54,836 nt of DNA from a virus (lineage: Duplodnaviria; Caudoviricetes): IMG/VR virus record IMGVR_UViG_3300020045_010314, positions 1-54,836 of that record. One strand, 5' to 3'. Each line of letters starts with the position of its first letter. Positions within the stretch are counted from its first letter, which is position 1. Shown in pieces: positions 9,338 through 19,491 of this stretch. The position numbers and the translations under genes were made by a program. Under the pieces are notes generated by a model. That model did no database searches, was not told where the DNA came from, and worked only from the letters and a program-made list of their open reading frames with translations.

Positions 9338-9541
9338 ATGAAAGTATTAAAACGAAGTAATTTACCAACTAGATTACCATTATGGCAATCAGTAACATGC
9401 CTATTAGCATTAGAACATTGGAATGCTCCTGAATGGCTATATGGAGTTGCTGGATTTTTCTTTTTATTAATATGGATAGCAGGAATAGTGCTTCTTGTAA
9501 AAGAACAGGAAGTTGACTTGCTTAAAAATAATAAAAATTAA
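9338..9541 (+). CDS. Small membrane protein
   Basis: Two hydrophobic segments. Confidence 0.7.
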   Translation: MKVLKRSNLPTRLPLWQSVTCLLALEHWNAPEWLYGVAGFFFLLIWIAGIVLLVKEQEVDLLKNNKN

Positions 9542-9558
9542 CTAATAAATAAAAAACA

Positions 9559-9810
9559 ATGAATAAAAATCATAACATAAAATTGCCAAAAGTAAGTGAA
9601 AAAGCAATGGACATTATAGAGTTAATTAAAATCAAGACCAATGAGTTAAATTATGCAATGGGACTTGCCGCTTCAAAAAATAATAGCAAATATGATGAGG
9701 AATTAAACAAGCATATTGATGCAGCAAAAGAGTGTATTTTAAACACGTCAATAAATCTAATGACTATTTATTCTCACATCGAAAATCACCGACAAAAAAA
9801 CATAAATTAA
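9559..9810 (+). CDS. Helical-hairpin protein, possibly Acb2-like
   Basis: 83 aa; by-eye resemblance to the Acb2 N-terminus and hairpin. Confidence 0.35.
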   Translation: MNKNHNIKLPKVSEKAMDIIELIKIKTNELNYAMGLAASKNNSKYDEELNKHIDAAKECILNTSINLMTIYSHIENHRQKNIN

Positions 9811-9826
9811 TAATTAAATAAAAACT

Positions 9827-10441
9827 ATGAACACAGAAAAATTGATTTTAAAAGGAGTAGAGAAACATTTTGACGGGCAGAAAGTTTTGTTCAAAATCGA
9901 TAGTTTAAAAGAGCATTTCGACGGATTGCTGATACACGAATCGGACATTGAGGAAATCGACGGTATTAGGTATGTAATTGCGGGTGACGTGAATTTCTAC
10001 AATGCCATCACGAATGAAGTTCATCCAAAAGCGGAAGAAGAAATCACCAATGGAATGACATTTGAAGAAGCAGAAAAGTTAATGGATATTGGGGAATTTA
10101 TTGCACTTCCTGAATGGGGTGGATTTTGGTTTAAATCTGTAAGAAGCGGCGAAATTCTTATCCTTACAAAAGAAGGAGAAATAACCAATACTCCTTTCGA
10201 AGAATTCAAAGAAAGAAATGATTGGGCTGTAGTAGATGCCACTCCGGAACAAAAAGTATTGTTAGATGAATATTGGGCCTCTCTTGAAGTTTCGGTAGAT
10301 GAAACAGAGGTTATCGAACCCGAAGTAGTGGAACCTGAAATTGTAGCTCCGGAAGTAATTGTAGCCGAAACTCCTGCTGAAATTGTAGTGATTGAGGAAG
10401 TTGTAGTTCCGGCGAAAGCAAAGAAATCTAATAAACAGTAA
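9827..10441 (+). CDS. DUF2829/Tad2-like domain protein with EV-rich tail
   Basis: MTFEEA..M..G..IALPEWGGFW...DW motif; C-terminal (EPEVV)-like repeats. Confidence 0.55.
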   Translation: MNTEKLILKGVEKHFDGQKVLFKIDSLKEHFDGLLIHESDIEEIDGIRYVIAGDVNFYNAITNEVHPKAEEEITNGMTFEEAEKLMDIGEFIALPEWGGFWFKSVRSGEILILTKEGEITNTPFEEFKERNDWAVVDATPEQKVLLDEYWASLEVSVDETEVIEPEVVEPEIVAPEVIVAETPAEIVVIEEVVVPAKAKKSNKQ

Positions 10442-10443
10442 CT

Positions 10444-10719
10444 ATGGCAAAGTTTAGAAAATTACCCGTAGAAATAGATGCTTTTATTTATGGAATTGAC
10501 CACAGACCTGATTGGTTTTGTGATAAAGTAAGTGTAAATGAAATAATAACTTTTTGGCAATCAGATTGGACAGAGGACCAAGATACATATTGTTTGATAA
10601 ATACTTTGGAAGGGCAAATGCGAGGTGAAAAAGGAGATTATATTATACAAGGAATTAAGGGAGAAATTTATCCCTGTAAACCTGACATTTTCGAAGCTAC
10701 TTATGAAGCAGTAGAATAA
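10444..10719 (+). CDS. Conserved phage protein (PGDYG-like family)
   Basis: FRKLPVEIDA...TLEG...GDYIIQGIKGEIYPCKPDIFEATYE. Confidence 0.8.
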   Translation: MAKFRKLPVEIDAFIYGIDHRPDWFCDKVSVNEIITFWQSDWTEDQDTYCLINTLEGQMRGEKGDYIIQGIKGEIYPCKPDIFEATYEAVE

Positions 10720-10723
10720 AACT

Positions 10724-10765
10724 AAAAAACCCCGAACTTCCTAAATTAAAGGAGTCGGGGTTTTT
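10724..10765. terminator. Bidirectional intrinsic terminator
   Basis: A6-CCCCGA...TCGGGG-T5 between convergent genes. Confidence 0.8.
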
Positions 10766-10782
10766 CTTTGAAACTTACTAAT

Positions 10783-11076
10783 CTACAAAGTCAAAACAAC
10801 ATCTGTATAGGGTACTATCAAGTAGTTTTGGCCGTCGATGGTCATTGAGGTAGCATTATGTTTTTTGAATACTATTACTTCTCCTTCTTTCAAGGTTATT
10901 TCTCCCTTGGAGTTTACACAACGCTCCCCCACTGAAACTACTGTCCCCGCTTGTTGAGATTCATTGCTATCCACGTACCCACTAATATCAAAGCCTCCGG
11001 ATAGTTTGTTCTCAAGAGTTTTTGGAGATACGATTATATTTAGGTTTTTGGCCTGAAACTTTTGCTTATTTTTCAT
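10783..11076 (-). CDS. groES: Co-chaperonin GroES (Cpn10)
   Basis: GTVVSVGE, LKEGEVIVF, IDGQNYLIVPYTDVV; start revised to Met at 11076, overlapping the groEL end. Confidence 0.85.
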   Translation of the reverse strand: MKNKQKFQAKNLNIIVSPKTLENKLSGGFDISGYVDSNESQQAGTVVSVGERCVNSKGEITLKEGEVIVFKKHNATSMTIDGQNYLIVPYTDVVLTL

Positions 11077-12667
11077 CGGTTTTTCTTTTGAATGGCATAA
11101 CAAAATTTGTTCTTAATAGGTTATTTGAGGCGGAGGCAGCATTAGCTAAGGCGTTTTTAACTCCTTTTACGGTATCGATAATTCCGGCATCGAACATATT
11201 TACTTCTTTGTATTCTTTTACGTCGTAGCCCATTGGATATTCTCCAATAATATGGCCGTTTGCGGTATGTGGTGCTAAATCTTTTCCTGCATTTGATAAA
11301 ATCTTTTTCAAAGGAGCTGAAATAGAAGTATATGTAACTCCGTCTATACTATCTCCAAAATGATTTAAACAGGAGTATAACGCAATTCCTCCTCCTGCTA
11401 TAACTCCATCTTTTGCAGAACGCACACCGCAAACAGCATCATCAATACGAGCAATCTTTTCTTCGACTTCGGAAGGCGTAATTCCTCCGACTCTAATTGT
11501 AGCAATTCCTCCCGATATTTTTGCGATTCTTTCCTTCAGGTAGTTTTTTTCGTTTTCGTTATCCTGAATAATAATTTGTGCGGTTAGTTCGTTTATCACT
11601 CCTTGCTCTTTGGATTTGTCGCGATCAGGATTTAATGTGATTACGGAGTCCTTTTCTTTGATTTCGATTCTATCGCAGGTTCCTAAGAAGGTATTTTCTT
11701 TTCCCGTGTAGTCCGAACGAGAGATTCCGTCCAAAACACTACAACCCAAAATCAAAGCCAAGTCCGATAGATTTTCACGGCCTTTTTTACCGATAAATGG
11801 CGGGTTGACTACACAAATAGGAAATCCATATTGACGTACATTAGCTAATAAAACTTCGGAAACATTATCTTCCATAGTAGAGATTACCACTAATGGACGC
11901 GGAGCAACGAAAGGCACTCCTTCTACATTTTCAGGAAATGCAATATTCACGAATGGTCGAATATCCTCGAAAGTCTGAAAGTGAAAATTAGAAACAATTA
12001 CCAATGGATTGTCGAACACTACACTTTGAGTTTCCGGAGAGTTTATGTAGGCTTCGTGTGCAAATCCTCGTTCAATAGGGTTGCCGTCGATAAAATCAGT
12101 AAAGGTTTCATCGGTGAAGCTACGATTATGCGATACTGTACCGTACTCCCCTGCCTTGATAAATGCCTCTGAAACTATCTTGGCAATTTCGTCGTCGCCA
12201 TGAGCTGATGTTTTAGCAATATCAAACATTAATTCATTCGTAAGCGGAATGGAAAGTTTATCCAAGTATTCCGTAACTAATGCGACTGATTTTAATATTT
12301 CCTGCGAAACCTCAATGGCGTTTTTACCCTTTTCTACTGCTTTTAGGGAGTTTTGAAAAAATGCTTGAGTCAAAACACATACTAAAGTTGTGTTATCTCC
12401 AACGTTACTATGTTGTTTTCTACAAGCTTCTTTAACTAATTCGCAAGCCATATTCTCTATTGGGTCGGATAAAAACATCATTTCTAATGAATCGTAACCA
12501 TCGGAAGTAATATGCGGCATCCCGTCAAAAGTTTCGAATAAATTATTTGAGCCTCGGTAGCCCATAGTAGAGCCGATAACGTCGCATACCTGATTTACTC
12601 CACTCAATAGTTTGTCTTTTGCTTCTGGACCGGTGACAACTATTCTATTTACATTTTGTTGTTGCAT
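11066..12667 (-). CDS. groEL: Phage chaperonin GroEL (Cpn60)
   Basis: 533 aa; STMGYRG, ITSDG, VGDNTT, ERIAKISGGIATIRVGG, DDAV, GGGIAL, GIIDTVK motifs. Confidence 0.95.
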   Translation of the reverse strand: MQQQNVNRIVVTGPEAKDKLLSGVNQVCDVIGSTMGYRGSNNLFETFDGMPHITSDGYDSLEMMFLSDPIENMACELVKEACRKQHSNVGDNTTLVCVLTQAFFQNSLKAVEKGKNAIEVSQEILKSVALVTEYLDKLSIPLTNELMFDIAKTSAHGDDEIAKIVSEAFIKAGEYGTVSHNRSFTDETFTDFIDGNPIERGFAHEAYINSPETQSVVFDNPLVIVSNFHFQTFEDIRPFVNIAFPENVEGVPFVAPRPLVVISTMEDNVSEVLLANVRQYGFPICVVNPPFIGKKGRENLSDLALILGCSVLDGISRSDYTGKENTFLGTCDRIEIKEKDSVITLNPDRDKSKEQGVINELTAQIIIQDNENEKNYLKERIAKISGGIATIRVGGITPSEVEEKIARIDDAVCGVRSAKDGVIAGGGIALYSCLNHFGDSIDGVTYTSISAPLKKILSNAGKDLAPHTANGHIIGEYPMGYDVKEYKEVNMFDAGIIDTVKGVKNALANAASASNNLLRTNFVMPFKRKTDEK

Positions 12668-12693
12668 AATTTATTTGATTTAAGTTTCGATTA

Positions 12694-12726
12694 CAAAAAT
12701 ACGAATTAATATTAAACGACAACAAA
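12694..12726 (-). promoter_or_regulatory. groEL-groES promoter
   Basis: TATTTTTG at 12701-12694; TTTG 21 bp upstream, inside the late motif. Confidence 0.6.
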
Positions 12727-12755
12727 TGTTTGTTACCTTTTAATTTATATCTTTG
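12714..12755 (+). promoter_or_regulatory. Late promoter motif copy 1
   Basis: AAACGACAACAAATGTTTG-N15-TATCTTTG. Confidence 0.85.
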
Positions 12756-12797
12756 TCAAGATTAGCTATTTAAGCAAAAACACTTAACTCATAAAGT

Positions 12798-15200
12798 ATG
12801 AAATATTTATTTTCCACTGATAATACGAACCTAATTATCACGCTTGATACGGAATCAGGAAAATATAACCCTGAAATTACGACCATAAACGACCCAAACA
12901 TTACGTTGGAAAATGACAGAATATGGTTTTATGAGAATGGAAAGTACATTAGGAATTTTTCATTTGACCATGTTGGAACAATTTCAGGAGTAACCCCTAC
13001 TAGTATTGCAGATGCTTTTGCTAAGCTAAATGTGGTTATAGATGGGTTATATCTATTAGTTTCTCCGAATTTCAAAGGTAGTATCGTGCCTACCGATACG
13101 CCTACAGGAACAGAAGATGCGGTTTGGATAGCTACACAAGCGGGAACATATACTAATTTCGGAGGTAAAGTTGTAAGTGCAAATAGCCGTGCGGAAATAT
13201 CAAGAGTTGGCGGGGTATTTAGTATTTCACAAACTACTTTAGTAGTTCCAAACACAAAAATACCTACTTGGACAGCTACTTCTTTTGCGTCAGGAGACCA
13301 AGTAAACCATTTAGGTAAAGACTGGGTTTCAAACGCTGCTATTGTTGCGGGCGATGTTCCGGGTACAAGTAGTAAGTGGGTGGAGCGATTGACAGCTTAT
13401 TCTTCAAAAACAACGTTTAATGATACGGACAATGCAAATCCTTCAACAATGAAAAGCGCGGCCTATCATATTGGAGATAAAAATTTAATAAATAAAGGAT
13501 TTTCAGGGTATGGAGTTTTAAATGATGCCGATTTAAATGTGTTGCATAATGCAATTATCTTTTGTCGTTTTTACTGGAATACAAAAGAGGTTTTAACAGC
13601 TGGATGGACGTTGGAGCTTCTTTATGTTAGAAAGTCCGACGGTCTTGTGCAGTTAAGACTTTTTGATGCTGCAAGGGTAAATCAAAGAAGTTTTTCTTTG
13701 ACTTTTACAAGCACTGTAGGTAAGCAGTATTTAAGTGTTACAGACTCAGGTTATGTAGAAGGGCAGTTTGTAGAGTTTTACATCGATTGGGATAAAGTAC
13801 CTACAAACTTTTCAACTTTTTCAGTCCCAGTTTATGTGAATTATAATAGTTTGGTTGACTTCAAGGGTTTCAACTATCTTTTTGACAACAGGTATAATAC
13901 TAAGTTTGACGAACGTATTGCTGCAAAAAATATCGTAAACACTACGGCTCTTTCCGTTTCTGAAAAAAATGCGATTATGGTTGGTCGTGGGTTTATGCCA
14001 GGATTAGGCGTTATAGATGCCGACTTTGCAAGAATAAACAACGCTTTTTATCATTTAAGTTTAGTTCTTCCCGATGCCTATGTCGTGAATGTTTCTGCTG
14101 GAGAGTATATAGCATTATATTATATGGATAAAACTACAGGAATAATCCAATTTAGACACATAAATGCAGCAGGGACGACTTTGAAATTCTTTGCCGTAAC
14201 TTCGGCAATTAAGACAGGTAGGCAGTCTATATCCAATTATGATAATGGGTGGGTAAACATAGATATTGAGTGGGATTTAATACCAGCTGGGACTTATTAT
14301 TTTGGAAATTCTAATAGTAATGTACTTAAATTTAGATACGTATTTGAAAGTTTTCAATCAAACGTATTTAATAAAAAATTTGACGATAGGTTAATAAATG
14401 TATCTCAGGATTGGTCTGGAAAAAAATTCTGTTCTTTTGGCGACAGCATCACAGGAATTGGCAACACGAATGATATCACATCTTGGCAAATGTTGGTAAA
14501 AAGTAAATTAGGTTTTGGCACTCATTACGGCCGTGGAATTGGCGGGACTTCATTCAAATATCACACAGGCACATTTTGGGCGAATGCCGATGGTTCTTAT
14601 GCTGCTGATGGGGGGGTTGCTCAACCAGTGGGTACAACATCACATATTAACGCATTATGCACTTGGGATAGAATTAGCACACAAATTCCAACAGATAGCG
14701 ATTTGGTTTTTTTAATGGGTGGAACAAATGACTGGAACGGTAGTAATCCCATTGGAGATACTGTTTATTTACCATCCGATACAACTGACACTCTTTGGAA
14801 CACTTACAAAGGTGCAGGTGATTTCAATGTTCTTTCATTCAAAGGAGGATTAGCAGCTGCAATTGTAAAAATTCAAACACGTGTACCGAATGCTGTTTTG
14901 GTTATCGGAACTCTTTTGAGTGGAGCAGGAGTAACTGCTGGGGTTAATATGATAGCCGAACGAGTTAATGGGATTGGTCTCAAGCCGTCAGATTATCGAA
15001 AAGCTACAATTGAAGTTGCTAATGAATTTGGAATTCCGGTTGTTGACGTGTTTTCAACCACTGGAATTAATCAATTCAATCGAGCTACATATATAGCTGA
15101 TGAATTTCACCCATATAGTCTTGGAGGATTGAATAAAGGAAATAAAGCACTTTCAAGAGCCGTGTGTGGTGGATTAAGCACAATTAAACCGAATTTTTAA
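12798..15200 (+). CDS. Tail spike/fibre with C-terminal SGNH/GDSL esterase
   Basis: GDSIT, GIGG, GGTND, DEFHP blocks; CBM5/12-like WTATSFASGDQVNHLGKDW; internal ~170-aa duplication. Confidence 0.8.
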   Translation: MKYLFSTDNTNLIITLDTESGKYNPEITTINDPNITLENDRIWFYENGKYIRNFSFDHVGTISGVTPTSIADAFAKLNVVIDGLYLLVSPNFKGSIVPTDTPTGTEDAVWIATQAGTYTNFGGKVVSANSRAEISRVGGVFSISQTTLVVPNTKIPTWTATSFASGDQVNHLGKDWVSNAAIVAGDVPGTSSKWVERLTAYSSKTTFNDTDNANPSTMKSAAYHIGDKNLINKGFSGYGVLNDADLNVLHNAIIFCRFYWNTKEVLTAGWTLELLYVRKSDGLVQLRLFDAARVNQRSFSLTFTSTVGKQYLSVTDSGYVEGQFVEFYIDWDKVPTNFSTFSVPVYVNYNSLVDFKGFNYLFDNRYNTKFDERIAAKNIVNTTALSVSEKNAIMVGRGFMPGLGVIDADFARINNAFYHLSLVLPDAYVVNVSAGEYIALYYMDKTTGIIQFRHINAAGTTLKFFAVTSAIKTGRQSISNYDNGWVNIDIEWDLIPAGTYYFGNSNSNVLKFRYVFESFQSNVFNKKFDDRLINVSQDWSGKKFCSFGDSITGIGNTNDITSWQMLVKSKLGFGTHYGRGIGGTSFKYHTGTFWANADGSYAADGGVAQPVGTTSHINALCTWDRISTQIPTDSDLVFLMGGTNDWNGSNPIGDTVYLPSDTTDTLWNTYKGAGDFNVLSFKGGLAAAIVKIQTRVPNAVLVIGTLLSGAGVTAGVNMIAERVNGIGLKPSDYRKATIEVANEFGIPVVDVFSTTGINQFNRATYIADEFHPYSLGGLNKGNKALSRAVCGGLSTIKPNF

Positions 15201-15256
15201 TAAACTTCCTATGTCTCAAATAAACCCAATTATTATCCGTCATCATTAAACAATCT

Positions 15257-15334
15257 ATGAAAACATACCTAATCTACATCCTCACTGCAACCTGCATCTT
15301 CTTCGCACCAATAACCGGCTTAATGATTGGTTAG
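15257..15334 (+). pseudogene. Truncated holin-like N-terminal fragment
   Basis: MKTYLIYILTATCIFFAPITGLMIG*; resembles the FFAPI start of Bacteroidota phage holins. Confidence 0.45.
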
Positions 15335-15358
15335 ATATAGTGGAGTTCTGACTAAAAT

Positions 15359-15400
15359 AACCGACAACAAACGTTTGTAATTGTATAATTGTTACATTTG
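15359..15400 (+). promoter_or_regulatory. Late promoter motif copy 2
   Basis: AACCGACAACAAACGTTTG-N15-TACATTTG. Confidence 0.85.
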
Positions 15401-15417
15401 TAGAATAAAAATTAAAG

Positions 15418-17379
15418 ATGACTAAAATATCTAAAAAAGCTGCATATCCTATAAAAAAGCCTGTAAAGAGAGATTACTTTATAGGTACGGATAGTGAGAA
15501 TTTTAATAAGACAGTTAACTTTGATTTTGAGGATGCGACGGCGGTTATTAATGAGCTGAACGGACAGTCGGTTATAGGTTATCAATTTAAGACAGCTACG
15601 GATGTTCTTGTGGGGGTTTTAGAGGAGGCAGAGTTTTATTCGCTCGGCAACGAAACGACGATTTCTGACATTACGAAATTGTACGTGAACAAATTCACCA
15701 AAAACTCCCTGAACTTATCGAATTTATACAACTACCTACTTGTAAATATTGCTGATTTCTTGTTTAAATTACAAGGAACAGACCCGAATGTTTATGTTTA
15801 CTTCAACCTTGCAAGTATAGAAAATCATTCAAGCCACTACGTATTCAACGTTACGCTTTACAAGGGTAATGCAGTTTTGCCGGAATTAATCAATTTTGGG
15901 GAGTATTTCTTCAACTTTGAGTTGAAATCAATTGGAGCCGGAAGCGGTTCAGACCCCTTAAAACTTGATAAGGCAGGGTATGCCGGAAACGCCGAAAATT
16001 TGGATGATAGAATTGTAGCATTAGAAAACGCTACACTTCCTGATGCAGTTTTAAAATTTGGGGAAGTTGTTGTTGATGGAAATACTGCTACTATTGCGGC
16101 TAACGGTTTTCAGTGGAGGTTAAGCCAAATAGAACACCTAGTTACTCCTTCATATTCAACTCCAATAAATAACGCTACATCGGGGTTTTATAGAAGCGAT
16201 TTAGTTGTAGGTGATACTACAGGTAATTTCAGTTTAATCGAAGGTGATGAAGATGAAATTACAGCTCCAGAACCACTTGTTCCTGATGGCTTTATAAAAC
16301 TTGCTTTGATTCCTATTTTTGGAAGTACGGTAGGTGCTCCATTATTGCTGCCAAACTACGACGATAAATTCCTAAAAAGATATAAAACTACCTATAAAAC
16401 ATCACAGCCTATTTTTTATATTTCTCCTTCTGAAGATGACTATAATGTGATATTTACGGGTTCTGGAAATTCTTTAATAAGAATTGAATTAAACGGAACT
16501 CTAGGGAAATACATTAAGAACGGGGCTATTTATCCTTTTAAAAATAGAGGCTTAGGAACAGTTACAGTAAATGCAATCGCAGGAGTTACGGTAAATGCTC
16601 CTAATGGACTTATTTTAAATTCTAATCAGCAATGTTATCTTATTAAAGATGATTACAATGAATGGACTTTTATTAATCCCATTTCAAATATTTTGGAAGG
16701 CTTTATTCCTTTAACAGGAACTACAGTAGGTAATCCTGTTAGTGGTGCAATAGAAACAAATTCAGAAATATTTTTAAAAACAACCGCAGGTCAGTTTTCA
16801 GATGATGGTGGCGAATTAATTATAAAACATCCTTATGGGGTCAGTTTACGAAATGTAGATGACACTACAATTATTGGAATTTCGGGTGAAAATATATCGA
16901 TAAAAGGTGAGTCTATAAACTCAAGAGGAATAATAAGCTCTTATGATTACTCTCCAAATATCACAGACCTAGACTACCCACAAAAGATATATGTAGATAA
17001 AAAACAAGAAGCTTTGGTTTCAGGGGATAATATTAAAACCAAAGGAGGAATTTCTTTATTGGGGTCTGGTGACATTCCTGAATCTGATTCTTTGACTACA
17101 ACAACGTCAATTACTTCATCTACACTTACTAATTATGGACATGCTCAAAACGGCAAAATAATAAAAATAGATAACGGCGCCAACGTAATAAACTACACTG
17201 TAAATGGATTGACCGCTTCTTTCGTGAAAGGAGGAACAGGTGCGATAACTTTTGTTCAGGGAGCAGGAAGAACGCTCACGGGAGCAAACGGAACATTAGT
17301 TTTTAATGGTGCTATTAATAGTTCGGCAAGTATCGTGAGTAACGGAACGGTAGATGTTCTTTACATAAATAATTTATAA
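15418..17379 (+). CDS. Tail fibre/structural protein
   Basis: N-terminus shared with the 21912 protein; repeated KGxGxVT beta modules. Confidence 0.7.
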   Translation: MTKISKKAAYPIKKPVKRDYFIGTDSENFNKTVNFDFEDATAVINELNGQSVIGYQFKTATDVLVGVLEEAEFYSLGNETTISDITKLYVNKFTKNSLNLSNLYNYLLVNIADFLFKLQGTDPNVYVYFNLASIENHSSHYVFNVTLYKGNAVLPELINFGEYFFNFELKSIGAGSGSDPLKLDKAGYAGNAENLDDRIVALENATLPDAVLKFGEVVVDGNTATIAANGFQWRLSQIEHLVTPSYSTPINNATSGFYRSDLVVGDTTGNFSLIEGDEDEITAPEPLVPDGFIKLALIPIFGSTVGAPLLLPNYDDKFLKRYKTTYKTSQPIFYISPSEDDYNVIFTGSGNSLIRIELNGTLGKYIKNGAIYPFKNRGLGTVTVNAIAGVTVNAPNGLILNSNQQCYLIKDDYNEWTFINPISNILEGFIPLTGTTVGNPVSGAIETNSEIFLKTTAGQFSDDGGELIIKHPYGVSLRNVDDTTIIGISGENISIKGESINSRGIISSYDYSPNITDLDYPQKIYVDKKQEALVSGDNIKTKGGISLLGSGDIPESDSLTTTTSITSSTLTNYGHAQNGKIIKIDNGANVINYTVNGLTASFVKGGTGAITFVQGAGRTLTGANGTLVFNGAINSSASIVSNGTVDVLYINNL

Positions 17380-18314
17380 TGAATACGCATCAATGGTATC
17401 TTATGGGGTTAGTCACTAAAAAGTCTTTTGTTTCTACTTGGGACACAACCAAAACGGCAAGCGGATCAAGCGCATCTACACAAGTTAAATTGCCTCTTCA
17501 AAATATTGAAGGCGTGTACAATTTTACGGTAAATTGGGGAGACGGAAACTCTAATGTGATAACAGTATGGAATCAGGCAGAAACTACACACACTTATTCA
17601 AGTTCAGGAATTTACACCATTACCATTAACGGTATATGCAAAGGGTTTAGATTTGTAGGAACAGGAGATAGGTTAAAGATTTTGTCTGTTCAAAGTTGGG
17701 GAGGATTGAATTTAGGAAATAGTGGCAGTTATTTTACAGGGTGTACAAATCTAAATTTAATATCAGTTTCAGATGTTTTAGACTTAACGGGAACGCTGTC
17801 GCTAATCGCTATATTTGACAGTTGCTCATCACTTATAGCGGTAAATAAAATGAATGAATGGAATACTTCTGCTGTAACTAATATGTCTTATATGTTTAAT
17901 CTTGCTACAAGTTTTAATCAAAATATAGGAAGTTGGAATACGGCAAATGTTACTAATATGGAGGCGATGTTTAGAGCCGCAAGCGTGTTTAATCAAAACA
18001 TTGGTAGTTGGAACGTTTCAAAAGTAACTACAATGGCGGCTATGTTTCAGTTTCAAGGTTCTTTTAATCAAAACATTGGTAGTTGGAACGTTTCAAAAGT
18101 AACCGATTTTACATCTTTTATGCCATCTAAAACAACTGCTAATTTTTCCACAGCTAATTTAGATGCTATTTATAATGGGTGGAGTTCACGGCCTGTTTTA
18201 TCAGGAAAAACAATCACCTTTGGAAGCGCAAAATACACAAGCGCATCAAGTACTGGGAGAGCAATTTTAACAGGCGCGCCAAATAACTGGACAATAACGG
18301 ATGGAGGTATTTAA
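17379..18314 (+). CDS. PKD + DUF285 (BspA-like) repeat protein, likely adhesin
   Basis: VNWGDG/THTYSSSGIYTITI PKD domain; 25-aa FNQNIGSWNVSKVT repeats. Confidence 0.85.
   Translation: MNTHQWYLMGLVTKKSFVSTWDTTKTASGSSASTQVKLPLQNIEGVYNFTVNWGDGNSNVITVWNQAETTHTYSSSGIYTITINGICKGFRFVGTGDRLKILSVQSWGGLNLGNSGSYFTGCTNLNLISVSDVLDLTGTLSLIAIFDSCSSLIAVNKMNEWNTSAVTNMSYMFNLATSFNQNIGSWNTANVTNMEAMFRAASVFNQNIGSWNVSKVTTMAAMFQFQGSFNQNIGSWNVSKVTDFTSFMPSKTTANFSTANLDAIYNGWSSRPVLSGKTITFGSAKYTSASSTGRAILTGAPNNWTITDGGI
17988..18103 (+). repeat. Exact 41-bp direct repeat, 75-bp period
   Basis: 17988-18028 = 18063-18103 within the DUF285 units. Confidence 0.85.
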
Positions 18315-18317
18315 ACG

Positions 18318-18560
18318 ATGAACCTACTAAACGATATACTCAAAGAAAATAACATCTACTCTCAAAAGCGGGTTTATTCTTTAATAGTATTGCTATTCAC
18401 ATTACTGTTAGGGGCTTTTATTGTGGTTTCCGACAAGATATTAGATAAAGTAGTTAATCCTTACGCTATACAAGTTTTTGACTCTTTATTGTTGTTTTTG
18501 GGAGTTTTGATTTCAGCGGCTGTAGTAGATAAAAAATTAACGAATAAAGTAGAATTGTAA
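18318..18560 (+). CDS. Putative holin (2 TM)
   Basis: Two hydrophobic helices upstream of the endolysin. Confidence 0.6.
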   Translation: MNLLNDILKENNIYSQKRVYSLIVLLFTLLLGAFIVVSDKILDKVVNPYAIQVFDSLLLFLGVLISAAVVDKKLTNKVEL

Positions 18561-18994
18561 TGGGAGATTTCTTTTCACAAAATTGGGGAACGTTATTAGG
18601 AGGCGGAACTGTAACCGGATTTTTAGGCTGGCTTTTCTATGGACGAAAAAACAACGATATAGACTATCTGACTAAACAACAGGCTGTTTTCGACAAGCTA
18701 CAAGAGGAGATAATGAAAGATAGGGATTACTATAAACAAGAATATCTACAAGCAAGAAAAGAGCATAAAGAGGAGGTTTTATACTTTAGAAATAAGATAG
18801 ACGAAGTAACTGCACGTGCCGATACCTTACAAGGGCAGTTTAATAATATGTCTGTATCATACACAAAAGAAGTTGAAGTATCGCAGAATTGGGAAAAATT
18901 ATACCGTGAACTATCCGGAAAATATGATGATTTATCTAAAAAATATGATGCTGTACTAAGTAAATTGAAAATTGTAGAAAAAAACCAAAAATAA
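18560..18994 (+). CDS. Membrane-anchored coiled-coil lysis protein (holin/antiholin-like)
   Basis: N-terminal TM plus coiled coil. Confidence 0.55.
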   Translation: MGDFFSQNWGTLLGGGTVTGFLGWLFYGRKNNDIDYLTKQQAVFDKLQEEIMKDRDYYKQEYLQARKEHKEEVLYFRNKIDEVTARADTLQGQFNNMSVSYTKEVEVSQNWEKLYRELSGKYDDLSKKYDAVLSKLKIVEKNQK

Positions 18995-18995
18995 G

Positions 18996-19487
18996 ATGAA
19001 ACTAAACGATAAATACAAAACGCTATTTAATTCCTATCACGTGAACACTCCTTTGCGTATTGCTCATTTTATGGCGCAAATCGAACACGAAAGCGGCGGG
19101 TTTAAATACTTGCGTGAGTTGGGAAGTAATAAATATTTGGATAAATACGACACGGGCAAGTTGGCGGAGAGATTAGGAAACACGCCTGAAGACGACGACG
19201 ATGGACAAAAATACTGTGGACGCGGGTTTATTCAAGTTACGGGACTCGCCAATTACACGGTATTGTCCAAGGACACGAGAATTGATTTTTTAAATAATCC
19301 CGAACTATTGGAGGAAGAAGCAAACGCAATGATAAGCGCATTGTGGTATTGGGGTAAACACAAGTTAAATAATTTGGCAGATTTGGATAATATTGAAACC
19401 ATCACTAAAAAAATCAATGGAGGTTTCAATGGTTTGGCAGATAGAAAAAGGCTGTTAATTAAATGGAAACAAATACTTAAAATCTAA
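18996..19487 (+). CDS. Endolysin, glycoside hydrolase family 19
   Basis: HFMAQIEHESGGF, GRGFIQVTG..NY, ITKKINGGFNGLADR. Confidence 0.92.
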   Translation: MKLNDKYKTLFNSYHVNTPLRIAHFMAQIEHESGGFKYLRELGSNKYLDKYDTGKLAERLGNTPEDDDDGQKYCGRGFIQVTGLANYTVLSKDTRIDFLNNPELLEEEANAMISALWYWGKHKLNNLADLDNIETITKKINGGFNGLADRKRLLIKWKQILKI

Positions 19488-19491
19488 TCAA

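Noticed and set aside
17988-18103. Repeat pair as DGR template/variable region
   Set aside because: Copies are identical and in-frame DUF285 units; no adenine-specific mismatches and no reverse transcriptase in the window
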